From a virus (lineage: Duplodnaviria > Caudoviricetes), in the IMG/VR virus record IMGVR_UViG_3300027265_000052, positions 1-38,138 of that record: DNA of 38,138 nucleotides; one strand, given 5' to 3'. The translations under genes and the position numbers were made by a program. The notes under the pieces are model-generated. The model had not been told where the DNA came from and did not search any database. It worked only from the letters and a program-made list of their open reading frames with translations. This document shows positions 18,288 to 26,706 of this stretch, piece by piece; within the stretch, counting starts at the first letter, position 1; each line of letters begins with the position of its first letter.

Positions 18288-18607
18288 TACCGCACCGCCC
18301 GGCGATGCCCCGGCCAGCGGATAATATTTGATGACGGTGCTCGCATCGGCTTATGCCAGACGATCTTGATTCCATCCATTACAGCCGCATAGGATTTGTA
18401 CATCCGCCCGTCTGCCCATCCTTGCCCGGTATAGGCCGACTTCAGTAACCGAGTCGCTGCCGTCGGCTGCACCGTGATTGATGGCGATCGTCCTATCCGG
18501 TAACCGATAATGATCAGCCCCAAATAAGCCAGCTTGTTGGATACTTGCCGAATCAGCTCAGCGGATTCAGTCATTACAACAGGCTTAAGCAGCTCGTAAC
18601 TTTTCAT
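18287..18607 (-). CDS. Hypothetical early protein
   Basis: 106-aa ORF coupled to both neighbours. Confidence 0.7.
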   Translation of the reverse strand: MKSYELLKPVVMTESAELIRQVSNKLAYLGLIIIGYRIGRSPSITVQPTAATRLLKSAYTGQGWADGRMYKSYAAVMDGIKIVWHKPMRAPSSNIIRWPGHRRAVR

Positions 18608-18750
18608 AAACCGAACTCCTTTAGCATTTTCGGCAATTCTTTACGTGTCTGTTTATGTGCGCGTATAGCCCTAATGCGCCGGGCTAATCTGTTCCGGTAC
18701 CGGCGATGCTTTTTTAGTTGGCTAATGCGCTTATGGAGTGATAGTTTCAT
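18604..18750 (-). CDS. Small, very basic hypothetical protein (48 aa)
   Basis: MKLSLHKRISQLKKHRRYRNRLARRIRAIRAHKQ...; GGAG RBS; ATGA overlap downstream. Confidence 0.6.
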   Translation of the reverse strand: MKLSLHKRISQLKKHRRYRNRLARRIRAIRAHKQTRKELPKMLKEFGL

Positions 18751-18752
18751 GG

Positions 18753-18965
18753 CTATCTCCAGTTGAAAGGACTGGCAGGAAAATGCAAGCCACTATGCGG
18801 TAAGTAGTATTTCATCCAGCCAAACCGGCGCAGCCTGGTTCCACGCTCAAGCGATAATTGCTTTAAAAACCGCTTACCCAGCCCCCGGTAAAATTGCTTA
18901 TTTGCAGGCAGTTTCAACTTAGGACGGGTCAGAAATTTCGCCTGAATATGAGTCAATCTCGTCAT
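18753..18965 (-). CDS. Small basic hypothetical protein
   Basis: MTRLTHIQAKFLTRPKLK...; GGAGG RBS. Confidence 0.6.
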   Translation of the reverse strand: MTRLTHIQAKFLTRPKLKLPANKQFYRGLGKRFLKQLSLERGTRLRRFGWMKYYLPHSGLHFPASPFNWR

Positions 18966-19138
18966 CTTATTGTCCTCCACGTAAACTGTGGCGCTTGCGC
19001 CTCACGCTTTATTTTTAACCTTGCCGAAAATAGCCGTCCTAGCTGATAGCAAAAGTGATGGTTAACTGGATGCTGTATTCGACTGCGAACCCGTGCGCGA
19101 AATTTATATTTATCGGTCAATTGGAAGTCGCGCATCAT
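18962..19138 (-). CDS. Small basic hypothetical protein (58 aa)
   Basis: MMRDFQLTDKYKFRARVRSR...; TGATG coupling to the B stop. Confidence 0.55.
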   Translation of the reverse strand: MMRDFQLTDKYKFRARVRSRIQHPVNHHFCYQLGRLFSARLKIKREAQAPQFTWRTIR

Positions 19139-20331
19139 CACGCCTCCTTTATCAAATCGCCGCTAATCTTGGCAAAGCCCAACTGGGCGGCCTGATTCAT
19201 CGCGGCAGTCACTAAATTGTTCACCATCAGCGGGTACATCAGGCTGACGATCTCGCGGGTTTTACTGCTCGATTTGGAAAAGATCAGCCGGCCGCGGATG
19301 GCGTCCATGGCATCGCCTTCGAAAATATCGTCGATCTTGACGCCGACCCGGTCGAACTTAAAGCGCAGATAACCCTCCAGGTGCGCGTCCAGCGGCGGTA
19401 GCTCGACCAGTTCGCAACGTTGCACTACTTCACGCACGTCGGGGGAGGATTCGCTCAGTTTGATTTTCAGTTCGGTCTGGCCGATCAAGATGATCGATAT
19501 CAAAGGTTTCATTCCGTCTTTCAGTTCGAAAAAGCGCTTTAAGTGTTTGAGCGTCTGCTTGTGCAAGCCGTGCGCCTCTTCGATAACCAGCACGTGGCTA
19601 TTGCCGCCGCGGCGGCTATCTTTTAGCAGCTTGTGCAGCTGAGCGGCCTTGGCCTCCAACGTGACTTTCGGATGCTCAAGCGGCGAGATAGCCCGAATCA
19701 TGGCGTCGGCGATAGACGCGGCTTTCAGCGGCTTGCCTTTTTGGTCGCTGTCTTCCATGCCCAGCACGTAGGGACTCATTACTACAATCGGCGCATTCTC
19801 GCGGATGATGCGTTCTTCCAAGTCTTCGCGCAGTGTGGATTTACCGGCACCGGATTCACCGACAATCGCCAGAAAGCCGCCGAATTTGGCAGTGCTCCAC
19901 AGGTGTTCGCGCACCGCTCGGGCGGCTGGCGTCATGTACAGATCGCCGGGCTCCTGAATGTCGTCTAAAAACGGATCGCGGAATATGCCAAAAGCTTTTT
20001 TTGCTTGTGGTTTTAGGGTTTGTTTTCGTAGTAACATGTCTTGGACCTCCTCGGTCAATGGTTGCTGCTCTTTTCCGGCAGTGATTTCAATTTCCGTCCC
20101 GGCTGTTGGCGCAGCCGGGACGGGCTCAAATAGCAGTGAATCGACTGTTTCCACACCCAGCGTTGTTAACGTCTTGGTGATCGATGTTTTCAATTCATCC
20201 GGCGTCGGCGTGCTTGGCCAAATCTCCTTATTCAGCAATTGCGCCATCGTTGCCGGGCTGATACCGGCCTGGCGAGCTAGATACGCCTGCTTGATGCCGT
20301 GTTGTTGCAGGAAACGTTTTAATAACAGCAT
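19138..20331 (-). CDS. Transposition ATPase B (N-terminal HTH + ExeA-like AAA)
   Basis: Walker A GESGAGKST, Walker B VLVIEEAH, ILIGQTEL. Start moved to MLLLKRFL (20331). Confidence 0.92.
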   Translation of the reverse strand: MLLLKRFLQQHGIKQAYLARQAGISPATMAQLLNKEIWPSTPTPDELKTSITKTLTTLGVETVDSLLFEPVPAAPTAGTEIEITAGKEQQPLTEEVQDMLLRKQTLKPQAKKAFGIFRDPFLDDIQEPGDLYMTPAARAVREHLWSTAKFGGFLAIVGESGAGKSTLREDLEERIIRENAPIVVMSPYVLGMEDSDQKGKPLKAASIADAMIRAISPLEHPKVTLEAKAAQLHKLLKDSRRGGNSHVLVIEEAHGLHKQTLKHLKRFFELKDGMKPLISIILIGQTELKIKLSESSPDVREVVQRCELVELPPLDAHLEGYLRFKFDRVGVKIDDIFEGDAMDAIRGRLIFSKSSSKTREIVSLMYPLMVNNLVTAAMNQAAQLGFAKISGDLIKEA

Positions 20332-20332
20332 G

Positions 20333-20560
20333 TTAGTGCTGGGTAGTTGATTGTGCAGTTGTAGCAGTCGATCTTGACGATAGACTAGCCGTGTGGATGA
20401 TCTTGATATAAACCTCAACAAGAGCAGCAAGCCGATTAGCCGGGGTATCCGCGTTAGGGTCTTCATTAACTTTTACGGGTTTTAGCACCTGCACATTAAC
20501 GCCGGAGGGGTATAAGTCTGTATCTTCAATGGTGATTATTGTTTTAGCCATTTTGGTCAT
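20333..20560 (-). CDS. Hypothetical protein
   Basis: MAKTIITIEDT... small ORF in the A-B interval. Confidence 0.65.
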   Translation of the reverse strand: MTKMAKTIITIEDTDLYPSGVNVQVLKPVKVNEDPNADTPANRLAALVEVYIKIIHTASLSSRSTATTAQSTTQH

Positions 20561-20577
20561 CTCTCTTGGTTGGGGGG

Positions 20578-21144
20578 CTATTTGATTACAGCGGCAAGCC
20601 GGATGGCTTCGACCTGTTCAAAAACTAAGTTGTCACCTTCAAAAGCTAATTCGTCAGCAGACTGATAGCCAAATTCATCAACAAACGTTGAAAATGTCGA
20701 TCCGCGGTTATTCGCCTGGAGCCACGCCTCATATTTTGCCGCCGTCTCCAGGGCAAACAGTCGTTGTCTTTTTATCGTTTTTCTGTAGGTTTCCTCTTGT
20801 CTGCGCTGTAGGATTGCTTTTTTTTCATCCTCTGTAACATCAAAAGCAGATTTGCTTAATGCGGTGATAGGAGGATCGACTAAGAACGTCTCGCCGGTTC
20901 TGAGCATGACTAAATAGTTGCGATCGGACTGGTAATAAATCTTGGTCCTAATGAATTGCCGCAATTTATCGACATCAATAATTTGGCCTACCTCAGATGA
21001 GGGTCTAAACCAATCGACCAATAGAAAATTGGTTTGATGCCCGTCTGGCATACAAAAATCAGCAGATACGGTTTCAGGGAGCTGGAATACGCGCAGTAAA
21101 TTGTCGGTTTCATCGAATACTAATTGGGTTGTATTTGTACTCAT
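20578..21144 (-). CDS. Hypothetical protein (AT-rich insert between A and B)
   Basis: 188 aa; flanked by a 13-bp direct repeat. Confidence 0.75.
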   Translation of the reverse strand: MSTNTTQLVFDETDNLLRVFQLPETVSADFCMPDGHQTNFLLVDWFRPSSEVGQIIDVDKLRQFIRTKIYYQSDRNYLVMLRTGETFLVDPPITALSKSAFDVTEDEKKAILQRRQEETYRKTIKRQRLFALETAAKYEAWLQANNRGSTFSTFVDEFGYQSADELAFEGDNLVFEQVEAIRLAAVIK

Positions 21145-21171
21145 CTTTATCTCTCTTGGTTTGGGTTGTTA

Positions 21172-21345
21172 TTAATCTTTAAACGGTGATTCGCCGTAGC
21201 CGATCAGCCAATAAATGGCCGCTTGCACACCATCCTCATATGTCAGCGCCGGGTAAGCGCTGCTATCTGTGATCTGGCGCGCCAGGCATACGGCTAGTGC
21301 CTGATTGATTTCCCGCTCCGTTGGCTTTTTATCTACTTCGTCCAC
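21172..21345 (-). CDS. Hypothetical protein (57 aa)
   Basis: GTG start overlapping the A stop; YPALTYEDGVQAAIYWLIG. Confidence 0.65.
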   Translation of the reverse strand: MDEVDKKPTEREINQALAVCLARQITDSSAYPALTYEDGVQAAIYWLIGYGESPFKD

Positions 21346-23108
21346 TACACCGCCTTTAACTTGGCTTTACCGCCGGCCGATCTACCCGCCGCCAGATCGA
21401 CCAAGACCTGTTCTAAATCTTCCTCCGTGGCCCCCTCAGGAAACAGTGCCCGCACATCCGCCAGCAGCTCCGGCCGATACTCGCTACCCAAGCGCCCCAG
21501 CAGCCATTTCCCCGCTTGCACCGCATTCAACCGCAGCCGCTCAACAGTCGGAGCCGACAACTCCCGTTTGGTCTCCCGATTGGGAAAATAAGCCGGATGA
21601 TTGTATTCATTCATTTCCTTATATGGATCGATACTGCCGCCGAATGGCGCTACCTTGGCTTTGCGGTTAGCCGCCGCTTCGGCGTCGGTTGATGCATTCA
21701 TCGCCAAACGCTCCAGCGCCTTGCGTGTCGTTTGCGCAGGAGTATCCGCATGACGGCTATGGGTTTCGCCGATGATGGCTCCATCGGTATACCAGCCCCA
21801 ATCCGCATCTTTTGCCTTAACCGGCAACTGATGAAACACATCACGCCCGTCAGCATCAACCAGTACCGCTTGCGCCATATCGGCGCTAAACGCACAGCGG
21901 CATACATGCAGCTTTTCGCCGACCATGACCCCCGGTACTTTTGAGACGTCGTAATTCTCGCCTTTAAAATCAACGGTTAAATACGGTGTCACCTTGCACG
22001 CCTTGGGCTCTTCGCGTGCCAGCAACAGCAACTGCTCAGTAGTCAGGTCGGTGGTCATCAGCTGATCCGGCTTGATCATCTGCCAAGCGGCATAGCGGGT
22101 TTTACCGTGGCGGCTATGGATTTTGCTGCCGTTAAACCAGTGCATCCAGCGCTGTCCCAGCAGGTTAAGTTGCTCGACGCTACGGATATCAACGGCCATC
22201 TTCAAACCGCTTTCCAGCCCCAACTCGGTCACATCGTGCATTTTTTCAACTTGGCCTTTAGCACGGGCGCGTTGAGCAAATTCCAGTTTGATCCCCAATG
22301 CCTTGCACAGGTTGCGAAAGGTGGCGCTACGGTTGGCGCTGCCCCGGTCCAGCATGATAATCACCGGAAGGCCGTAAAACGGGTATTGCCCACGTTGCTG
22401 GATTGCCAGAATCAGCAACATACAGAGGCTTTCGGTGCTCTCGCCGCCGAAGGCGTAATAAACAAATACCGCGCAACTGGCGTGATCGGTAATCAAGTAA
22501 CGCTGTACCAAGCGATGCTCAATCTTGGCAAAATGAGATAGCTTGTTTTTGTAGCGCTCGGTGGTGCCTACTTCTTCAATCCGCGTACCGCTACCGTCCG
22601 GCAGCTTGTACAACACGCATAAAGAGGCATCAATTTGCCAGCACCAATTCGGGTGCTTGCTGATTAATGGCGTCACCGGCTCCGGAGCCAATAATTGATC
22701 CGGATGCACGCCGTAATTACGTAAAGCCCGTTGAATGGCGCTGTCGGATAGAGGCTTGATTTCTCCGGTACTGGTATCGACGGTACCGGCAATAATCTTG
22801 CCGTTGACCCGTAACTCTTGAATCGCCATGCTCATCGGCTTGGTGCGTTTTCCGTTTTTACGGATATGCTCCAAGTAGTAAGCGCTGATCAGTTCTGCTT
22901 CATCTCGGCTTAACTCCGTGGCACCGGCATCGCTACGGCGTTTTCTGGCCGGCTTGACCGTGATTTTTTCCAGCTTCCGGTACAGCGTTTGCAACGAGAT
23001 ACCCAGCTCGGCACAGGCAGCCTGATAAATATTGCCGCGCTCGCCGTGGTCGGCATTATTCGCCGCTAATGCCACTGCCGATAACCGTTCAGTCATTGCC
23101 GCGCTCAT
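21345..23108 (-). CDS. Transposase A (DDE/rve integrase core, B3/BcepMu type)
   Basis: RKRRSDAG, HPNWCWQIDAS, IMLDRGSAN, RAKGQVEK. Confidence 0.95.
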   Translation of the reverse strand: MSAAMTERLSAVALAANNADHGERGNIYQAACAELGISLQTLYRKLEKITVKPARKRRSDAGATELSRDEAELISAYYLEHIRKNGKRTKPMSMAIQELRVNGKIIAGTVDTSTGEIKPLSDSAIQRALRNYGVHPDQLLAPEPVTPLISKHPNWCWQIDASLCVLYKLPDGSGTRIEEVGTTERYKNKLSHFAKIEHRLVQRYLITDHASCAVFVYYAFGGESTESLCMLLILAIQQRGQYPFYGLPVIIMLDRGSANRSATFRNLCKALGIKLEFAQRARAKGQVEKMHDVTELGLESGLKMAVDIRSVEQLNLLGQRWMHWFNGSKIHSRHGKTRYAAWQMIKPDQLMTTDLTTEQLLLLAREEPKACKVTPYLTVDFKGENYDVSKVPGVMVGEKLHVCRCAFSADMAQAVLVDADGRDVFHQLPVKAKDADWGWYTDGAIIGETHSRHADTPAQTTRKALERLAMNASTDAEAAANRKAKVAPFGGSIDPYKEMNEYNHPAYFPNRETKRELSAPTVERLRLNAVQAGKWLLGRLGSEYRPELLADVRALFPEGATEEDLEQVLVDLAAGRSAGGKAKLKAV

Positions 23109-23111
23109 GAT

Positions 23112-24101
23112 TTAGGCCTCAGTACCAACGCTTTGGATTTCGTCCAGCGCTTCTTGGCTCAGCCATTCGGGCATCAAGCTTTCCGAGACATTGGCCGGTA
23201 GATTGTAGTCGTCGCGTAAGATGGCTAATTCCCGGCCGATTTCAATCAGGCAGGCGGCAATAAACGTTTGTTCGTTATCGCCTTCCAGTTCCTGGTCATA
23301 CAGCTCTTTTACTGCTTTACGCAGACGTATAGACACGTTGGCTTTGACATCGGCCGTGACTGTTTGCAGATGGCTACGGGCATCGATCAAGCGTTGTTCG
23401 GCGCTGACGGGTTTGTCGTTTTCTTTACGCTGGGTATTTTCCAATAGCGCCAAGCGTTCGGCCTGGCTATTAAGCGTCTTGGTTTTATCTTTGATGACCG
23501 TGTCTTTCGCCGCCAGAGTTTCGGATAATTCGGTCAGTTGTTTGGCTGTGGCTTCTTTCTCGCGCTGATGTTTAGCGGCCATTTCCTGCATTAAATCCAG
23601 CGCTTTATCCAGGCTTTCTTCTTCGATGGCTTGGGCGATCAGTTGGCGATCTTCAGCCGGCAAGGCTTTTAGGGCGTTGTAGTCGCGCTGTCTAAAACCG
23701 AGACGTTCGGCTTGTTCATAAAGTTCAGGGCCGAGTTGGTGATAGTTGCTGATGAGTTCCATAGTGCGACGGTAGGATTTACCTAGGAATACCTCGCAGT
23801 ATTCGGAGAAATCTGCGACATGTCGCAGATTTCCATTTGCATCTTTATATGGCAATCCCTTGAATTGCTTGCTTTCTCGGACGTTTATAGCTGTTTCTGC
23901 GATTAATTTATCTGCGACCTGTCGCAAAAAAATAGCCGATTCAATATGACCAATCGCTTTAATAGCGTCAAAGCTCCCCATAATGACCGCATCGGCAGCA
24001 GCCACTTGATTGTTTTCCTGGCGGATTTCGACTAAGGCCGTGCTCTCTTGCTGGGCATCGGTGAATTTTTCAACGTGAGTCGCTATAGCTTTACGTGGCA
24101 T
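23112..24101 (-). CDS. Coiled-coil early protein (DUF3102-like)
   Basis: FSEYCEVFLGKSYR motif; usual position upstream of A. Confidence 0.7.
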   Translation of the reverse strand: MPRKAIATHVEKFTDAQQESTALVEIRQENNQVAAADAVIMGSFDAIKAIGHIESAIFLRQVADKLIAETAINVRESKQFKGLPYKDANGNLRHVADFSEYCEVFLGKSYRRTMELISNYHQLGPELYEQAERLGFRQRDYNALKALPAEDRQLIAQAIEEESLDKALDLMQEMAAKHQREKEATAKQLTELSETLAAKDTVIKDKTKTLNSQAERLALLENTQRKENDKPVSAEQRLIDARSHLQTVTADVKANVSIRLRKAVKELYDQELEGDNEQTFIAACLIEIGRELAILRDDYNLPANVSESLMPEWLSQEALDEIQSVGTEA

Positions 24102-24104
24102 GGG

Positions 24105-24404
24105 TTATCCTCGGTTTATCCTGTTTTGTGATTCTTTAATCCGCTCGGCGGCGGTATCCATAGACTTTAAAATCTGTACAGCCTGTTGCGCAAAACGGTG
24201 GCTAGGCCTAATGCGTCCGGTCTCCGTGATGCGCTCGGCATAGCCGCATTGCACCAGGGTATTGACGTAACGGGTGATGTCGGCGCCGGAAAAGCCGGTT
24301 TCCTCGATCAGCTCCTTGGGGGAAAACCCGTATGCAAAGTTCAGCAGCAGCACATCCAATACCGCCAGCACTTTGGCCGCACTCTTAATATCCGGTGCCG
24401 CCAC
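24105..24404 (-). CDS. IclR-like HTH DNA-binding protein
   Basis: SAAKVLAVLDVL...GFSPKEL...ITRYVNTL...GYAER..ETGR. Confidence 0.82.
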   Translation of the reverse strand: MAAPDIKSAAKVLAVLDVLLLNFAYGFSPKELIEETGFSGADITRYVNTLVQCGYAERITETGRIRPSHRFAQQAVQILKSMDTAAERIKESQNRINRG

Positions 24405-24406
24405 GG

Positions 24407-24583
24407 TTAGCCCTTACTAAGCTTGGCCAGTTTTCGCTCCAGTGTTTTTTTCAGCGCTTTGATGACCAAGTCTGAGTCCTCGGCTTCGATGGTGATCGTG
24501 CCGTAGGAGGTGGCAACATCAAACCCCCGGTCCATGCTCGGTATCTGTTTAGCGAGTGCGTATTCCAAATCGTTTTTATCCAT
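24407..24583 (-). CDS. Hypothetical protein (58 aa)
   Basis: Manual translation MDKNDLEYALAKQIPSMDRGFDV...; fills the gap in the operon. Confidence 0.65.
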   Translation of the reverse strand: MDKNDLEYALAKQIPSMDRGFDVATSYGTITIEAEDSDLVIKALKKTLERKLAKLSKG

Positions 24584-24588
24584 AGCGT

Positions 24589-25065
24589 TTAATCCTCATC
24601 AAACGGCAGCTCAGGCTGCCGGTATTTTTCAACGTTGCCCTTGTGCCATGCCAAGCGCTCCAGGGCGTTTTGTACTGCGGCCAAGGTGTCCTCGGCGTTG
24701 CTCTTGTCCTCATAAAACTGCATCAATGCACCGATCGCGTCGTGGGTAGCCGATTGCAGCGCTTGAATGTCCTTTGGCCCGCCTTTGCGGCCTTTGGGGA
24801 TATCAATGACCAGCTTGCCACCGCTGACCACCAGCCAGCGGCTGACGTAATCAATGCCGCAAGCATGCTCAAACGGCTTGATTAATCGGCTCGGTAGGCT
24901 GGCTTCCTGTATCCACTTGTACAGCGTCCATTTGCTGGCTAAGCCCATCAGGTCGGCCACGCCGTCCACGGATCGGTTGTGCTTGGCCTTGGCATATTCC
25001 AGGCAACAATCCATCGCATCCCGTAAATCGCGGGGTTGCAGGCGTTTCCAATTTCTTCCGCTCAT
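24589..25065 (-). CDS. Conserved B3-like early regulatory protein (HTH-like)
   Basis: MSGRNWKRLQP..LRDAM...LYKW...FEHACG...QPEL. Confidence 0.75.
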   Translation of the reverse strand: MSGRNWKRLQPRDLRDAMDCCLEYAKAKHNRSVDGVADLMGLASKWTLYKWIQEASLPSRLIKPFEHACGIDYVSRWLVVSGGKLVIDIPKGRKGGPKDIQALQSATHDAIGALMQFYEDKSNAEDTLAAVQNALERLAWHKGNVEKYRQPELPFDED

Positions 25066-25178
25066 TGGGGATAGCGCTCTGGGGCGGGTTCCAAACAAAA
25101 AGCCGCCTTGCATATTGCGTAAGCCTGTTGCACAATCGCAAAATATCCCCGACTTAAATCAACTCGGGAGAGCAGTAC

Positions 25179-25589
25179 ATGAGCACCAAGACTAATCACG
25201 GAATGACCTATGTTTGTCCGCATTGCAACCAGCAGATGAAAACGTCAATTCCAGAACCGGACCACTGGCCAGCGAAACATGCAGAACTAGATTCGACATA
25301 TCGCCATTTATGCGAACGCTGCAATCGGTTTGCCGTGCCATTGCCGTATTGGATAGCGATTGGACAGCGTGCCTGGAGCGCCACGATTTTTTCCAATTGT
25401 CCAAACGCCTCCGATTGCTGGCTGCATCATCAGTACGATGCGACGTGTGAGCGCGGTTTGATGCAGCCGAAATGTTTGGTTCATACGCATTGGACGCTGA
25501 ATGAGTTGATGACGCAGATTTTGGCTTTACGTAACCCGTGTTCCGGAGCAAACGGGCCTGGAGTGGGCGGTAATCGCTCAAAACCTTAA
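25179..25589 (+). CDS. Cys/His-rich putative Zn-binding protein, antisense to the early operon
   Basis: GGGAG RBS; CPHC...CERC plus further Cys/His residues. Confidence 0.6.
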   Translation: MSTKTNHGMTYVCPHCNQQMKTSIPEPDHWPAKHAELDSTYRHLCERCNRFAVPLPYWIAIGQRAWSATIFSNCPNASDCWLHHQYDATCERGLMQPKCLVHTHWTLNELMTQILALRNPCSGANGPGVGGNRSKP

Positions 25590-25764
25590 TGGCCTGCACA
25601 GCGTTGAATCCGTATTCGCCAGCTAAATCGAGGTAGTTCTCAAAATGGCCGTGATCGACGCGGATCATCAACTCTTCGATAGCGGGGTCGATTTTTGGAA
25701 ATAATGCGTCACCAATAACGGCATGCTCAGGCGAAAAGCCGAAGTCGTTGTGTGCTGAGTTCAT
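25192..25764 (-). CDS. Hypothetical protein (C-terminal part overlaps the antisense gene)
   Basis: ATGA-coupled start; only the first ~80 aa look globular. Confidence 0.5.
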   Translation of the reverse strand: MNSAHNDFGFSPEHAVIGDALFPKIDPAIEELMIRVDHGHFENYLDLAGEYGFNAVQAIKVLSDYRPLQARLLRNTGYVKPKSASSTHSASNAYEPNISAASNRAHTSHRTDDAASNRRRLDNWKKSWRSRHAVQSLSNTAMARQTDCSVRINGDMSNLVLHVSLASGPVLELTFSSAGCNADKHRSFRD

Positions 25765-25916
25765 TTCGTCACCCGTTTTAGGTATTGCTCATGCCAGTTG
25801 ACATTGCATAGCTCTGGCCGGGGTGTGCGGTCATGCAGTGATTGCATCTTGCGCCGGACAGTCAGCTGTTTGGCTTTGGCGGCTTCGATTCTGGGGGCGT
25901 TGCTTGGTTGGGGCAT
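25761..25916 (-). CDS. Hypothetical protein (51 aa)
   Basis: MPQPSNAPRIEAAKAKQL...; stop overlaps the next start. Confidence 0.5.
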   Translation of the reverse strand: MPQPSNAPRIEAAKAKQLTVRRKMQSLHDRTPRPELCNVNWHEQYLKRVTK

Positions 25917-25972
25917 GGTCAAGTACTCAGTGGTTTTGCTTAGGTATTTGTGCGTAAGTGTTTATGCGTGCC

Positions 25973-26185
25973 CTAAGCTTCGGCTTGCTTGTCATAACGA
26001 CCAGGCCACAGCCGAGTCAGAGGAATTCCGGTTTTATTAGCAATGGCGTTCGCGATCTTGCGAGAGGTAGATCGGCCGTAAATCACATGATTAACGGCTA
26101 CATCCGATACCTTACAGGTACGGGCGATTTCAATTTGACTGCCGCCCGATTTTTCTAGAGCGGACTTAATATCAGCTGGATGCAT
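25973..26185 (-). CDS. ner: Ner/Nlp-like transcriptional regulator
   Basis: MHPADIKSALEK.G.S...IA...LWPGRY; AAGGAAG RBS; divergent from the repressor. Confidence 0.88.
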   Translation of the reverse strand: MHPADIKSALEKSGGSQIEIARTCKVSDVAVNHVIYGRSTSRKIANAIANKTGIPLTRLWPGRYDKQAEA

Positions 26186-26254
26186 GGCGCTTCCTTTGTG
26201 TAGTGTTGTGGTGCTCATGGTTAGTTTTTGAAGTTTTGTAACTAAGTTAGGTTA

Positions 26255-26309
26255 ATTATTATGCAGAAAACTGCATAAGTCAAAATATTTTATGCTGAAT
26301 TATGTATAT
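26255..26309. promoter_or_regulatory. Early promoter and operators
   Basis: Minus strand TTGACT-17-AATAAT (26283-26255) overlapped by the palindrome TTATGCAG-AAAA-CTGCATAA (26259-26278); degenerate copy at 26290-26309 over the repressor start. Confidence 0.75.
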
Positions 26310-26706
26310 TGGTGAGAGATTGCGCGAAGAGCGCGAAAGACTTGGATACAACCAGACTGATTTCGCTGGGTTAGGCGAAGCATCTCTGCGTTCGCAAAGT
26401 GAATGGGAAAAAGGCAAAGCATTTCCCAATGCAAAAGTACTTGCCGCCATTGCCGCAGCCGGTGCCGACGTGCAATATATTCTGACTGGCATACGCTCCA
26501 GTGCGGCTTTGACTTCAGATGAACAGATGCTATTGGCAGGATATAGGGCGCTGGATGCTAGAGGCAAAGCCGGAGTATTTGGCATGATCGGCGGCTTAAC
26601 TCAATCTCCTGAATCAGTTGGGCAGCAATTCAATGCCCCGGTCGGTCAGGTAGCCCAAGGTGATATTGTTAACAAAAAACTTAAGTTGGACCAAAGGGGG
26701 AAATAG
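26302..26706 (+). CDS. Prophage repressor (XRE HTH, no S24 peptidase domain)
   Basis: IGERLREERERLGYNQTDFA...WEKG..FP...GADVQYILTG; divergent from ner. Confidence 0.92.
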   Translation: MYIGERLREERERLGYNQTDFAGLGEASLRSQSEWEKGKAFPNAKVLAAIAAAGADVQYILTGIRSSAALTSDEQMLLAGYRALDARGKAGVFGMIGGLTQSPESVGQQFNAPVGQVAQGDIVNKKLKLDQRGK

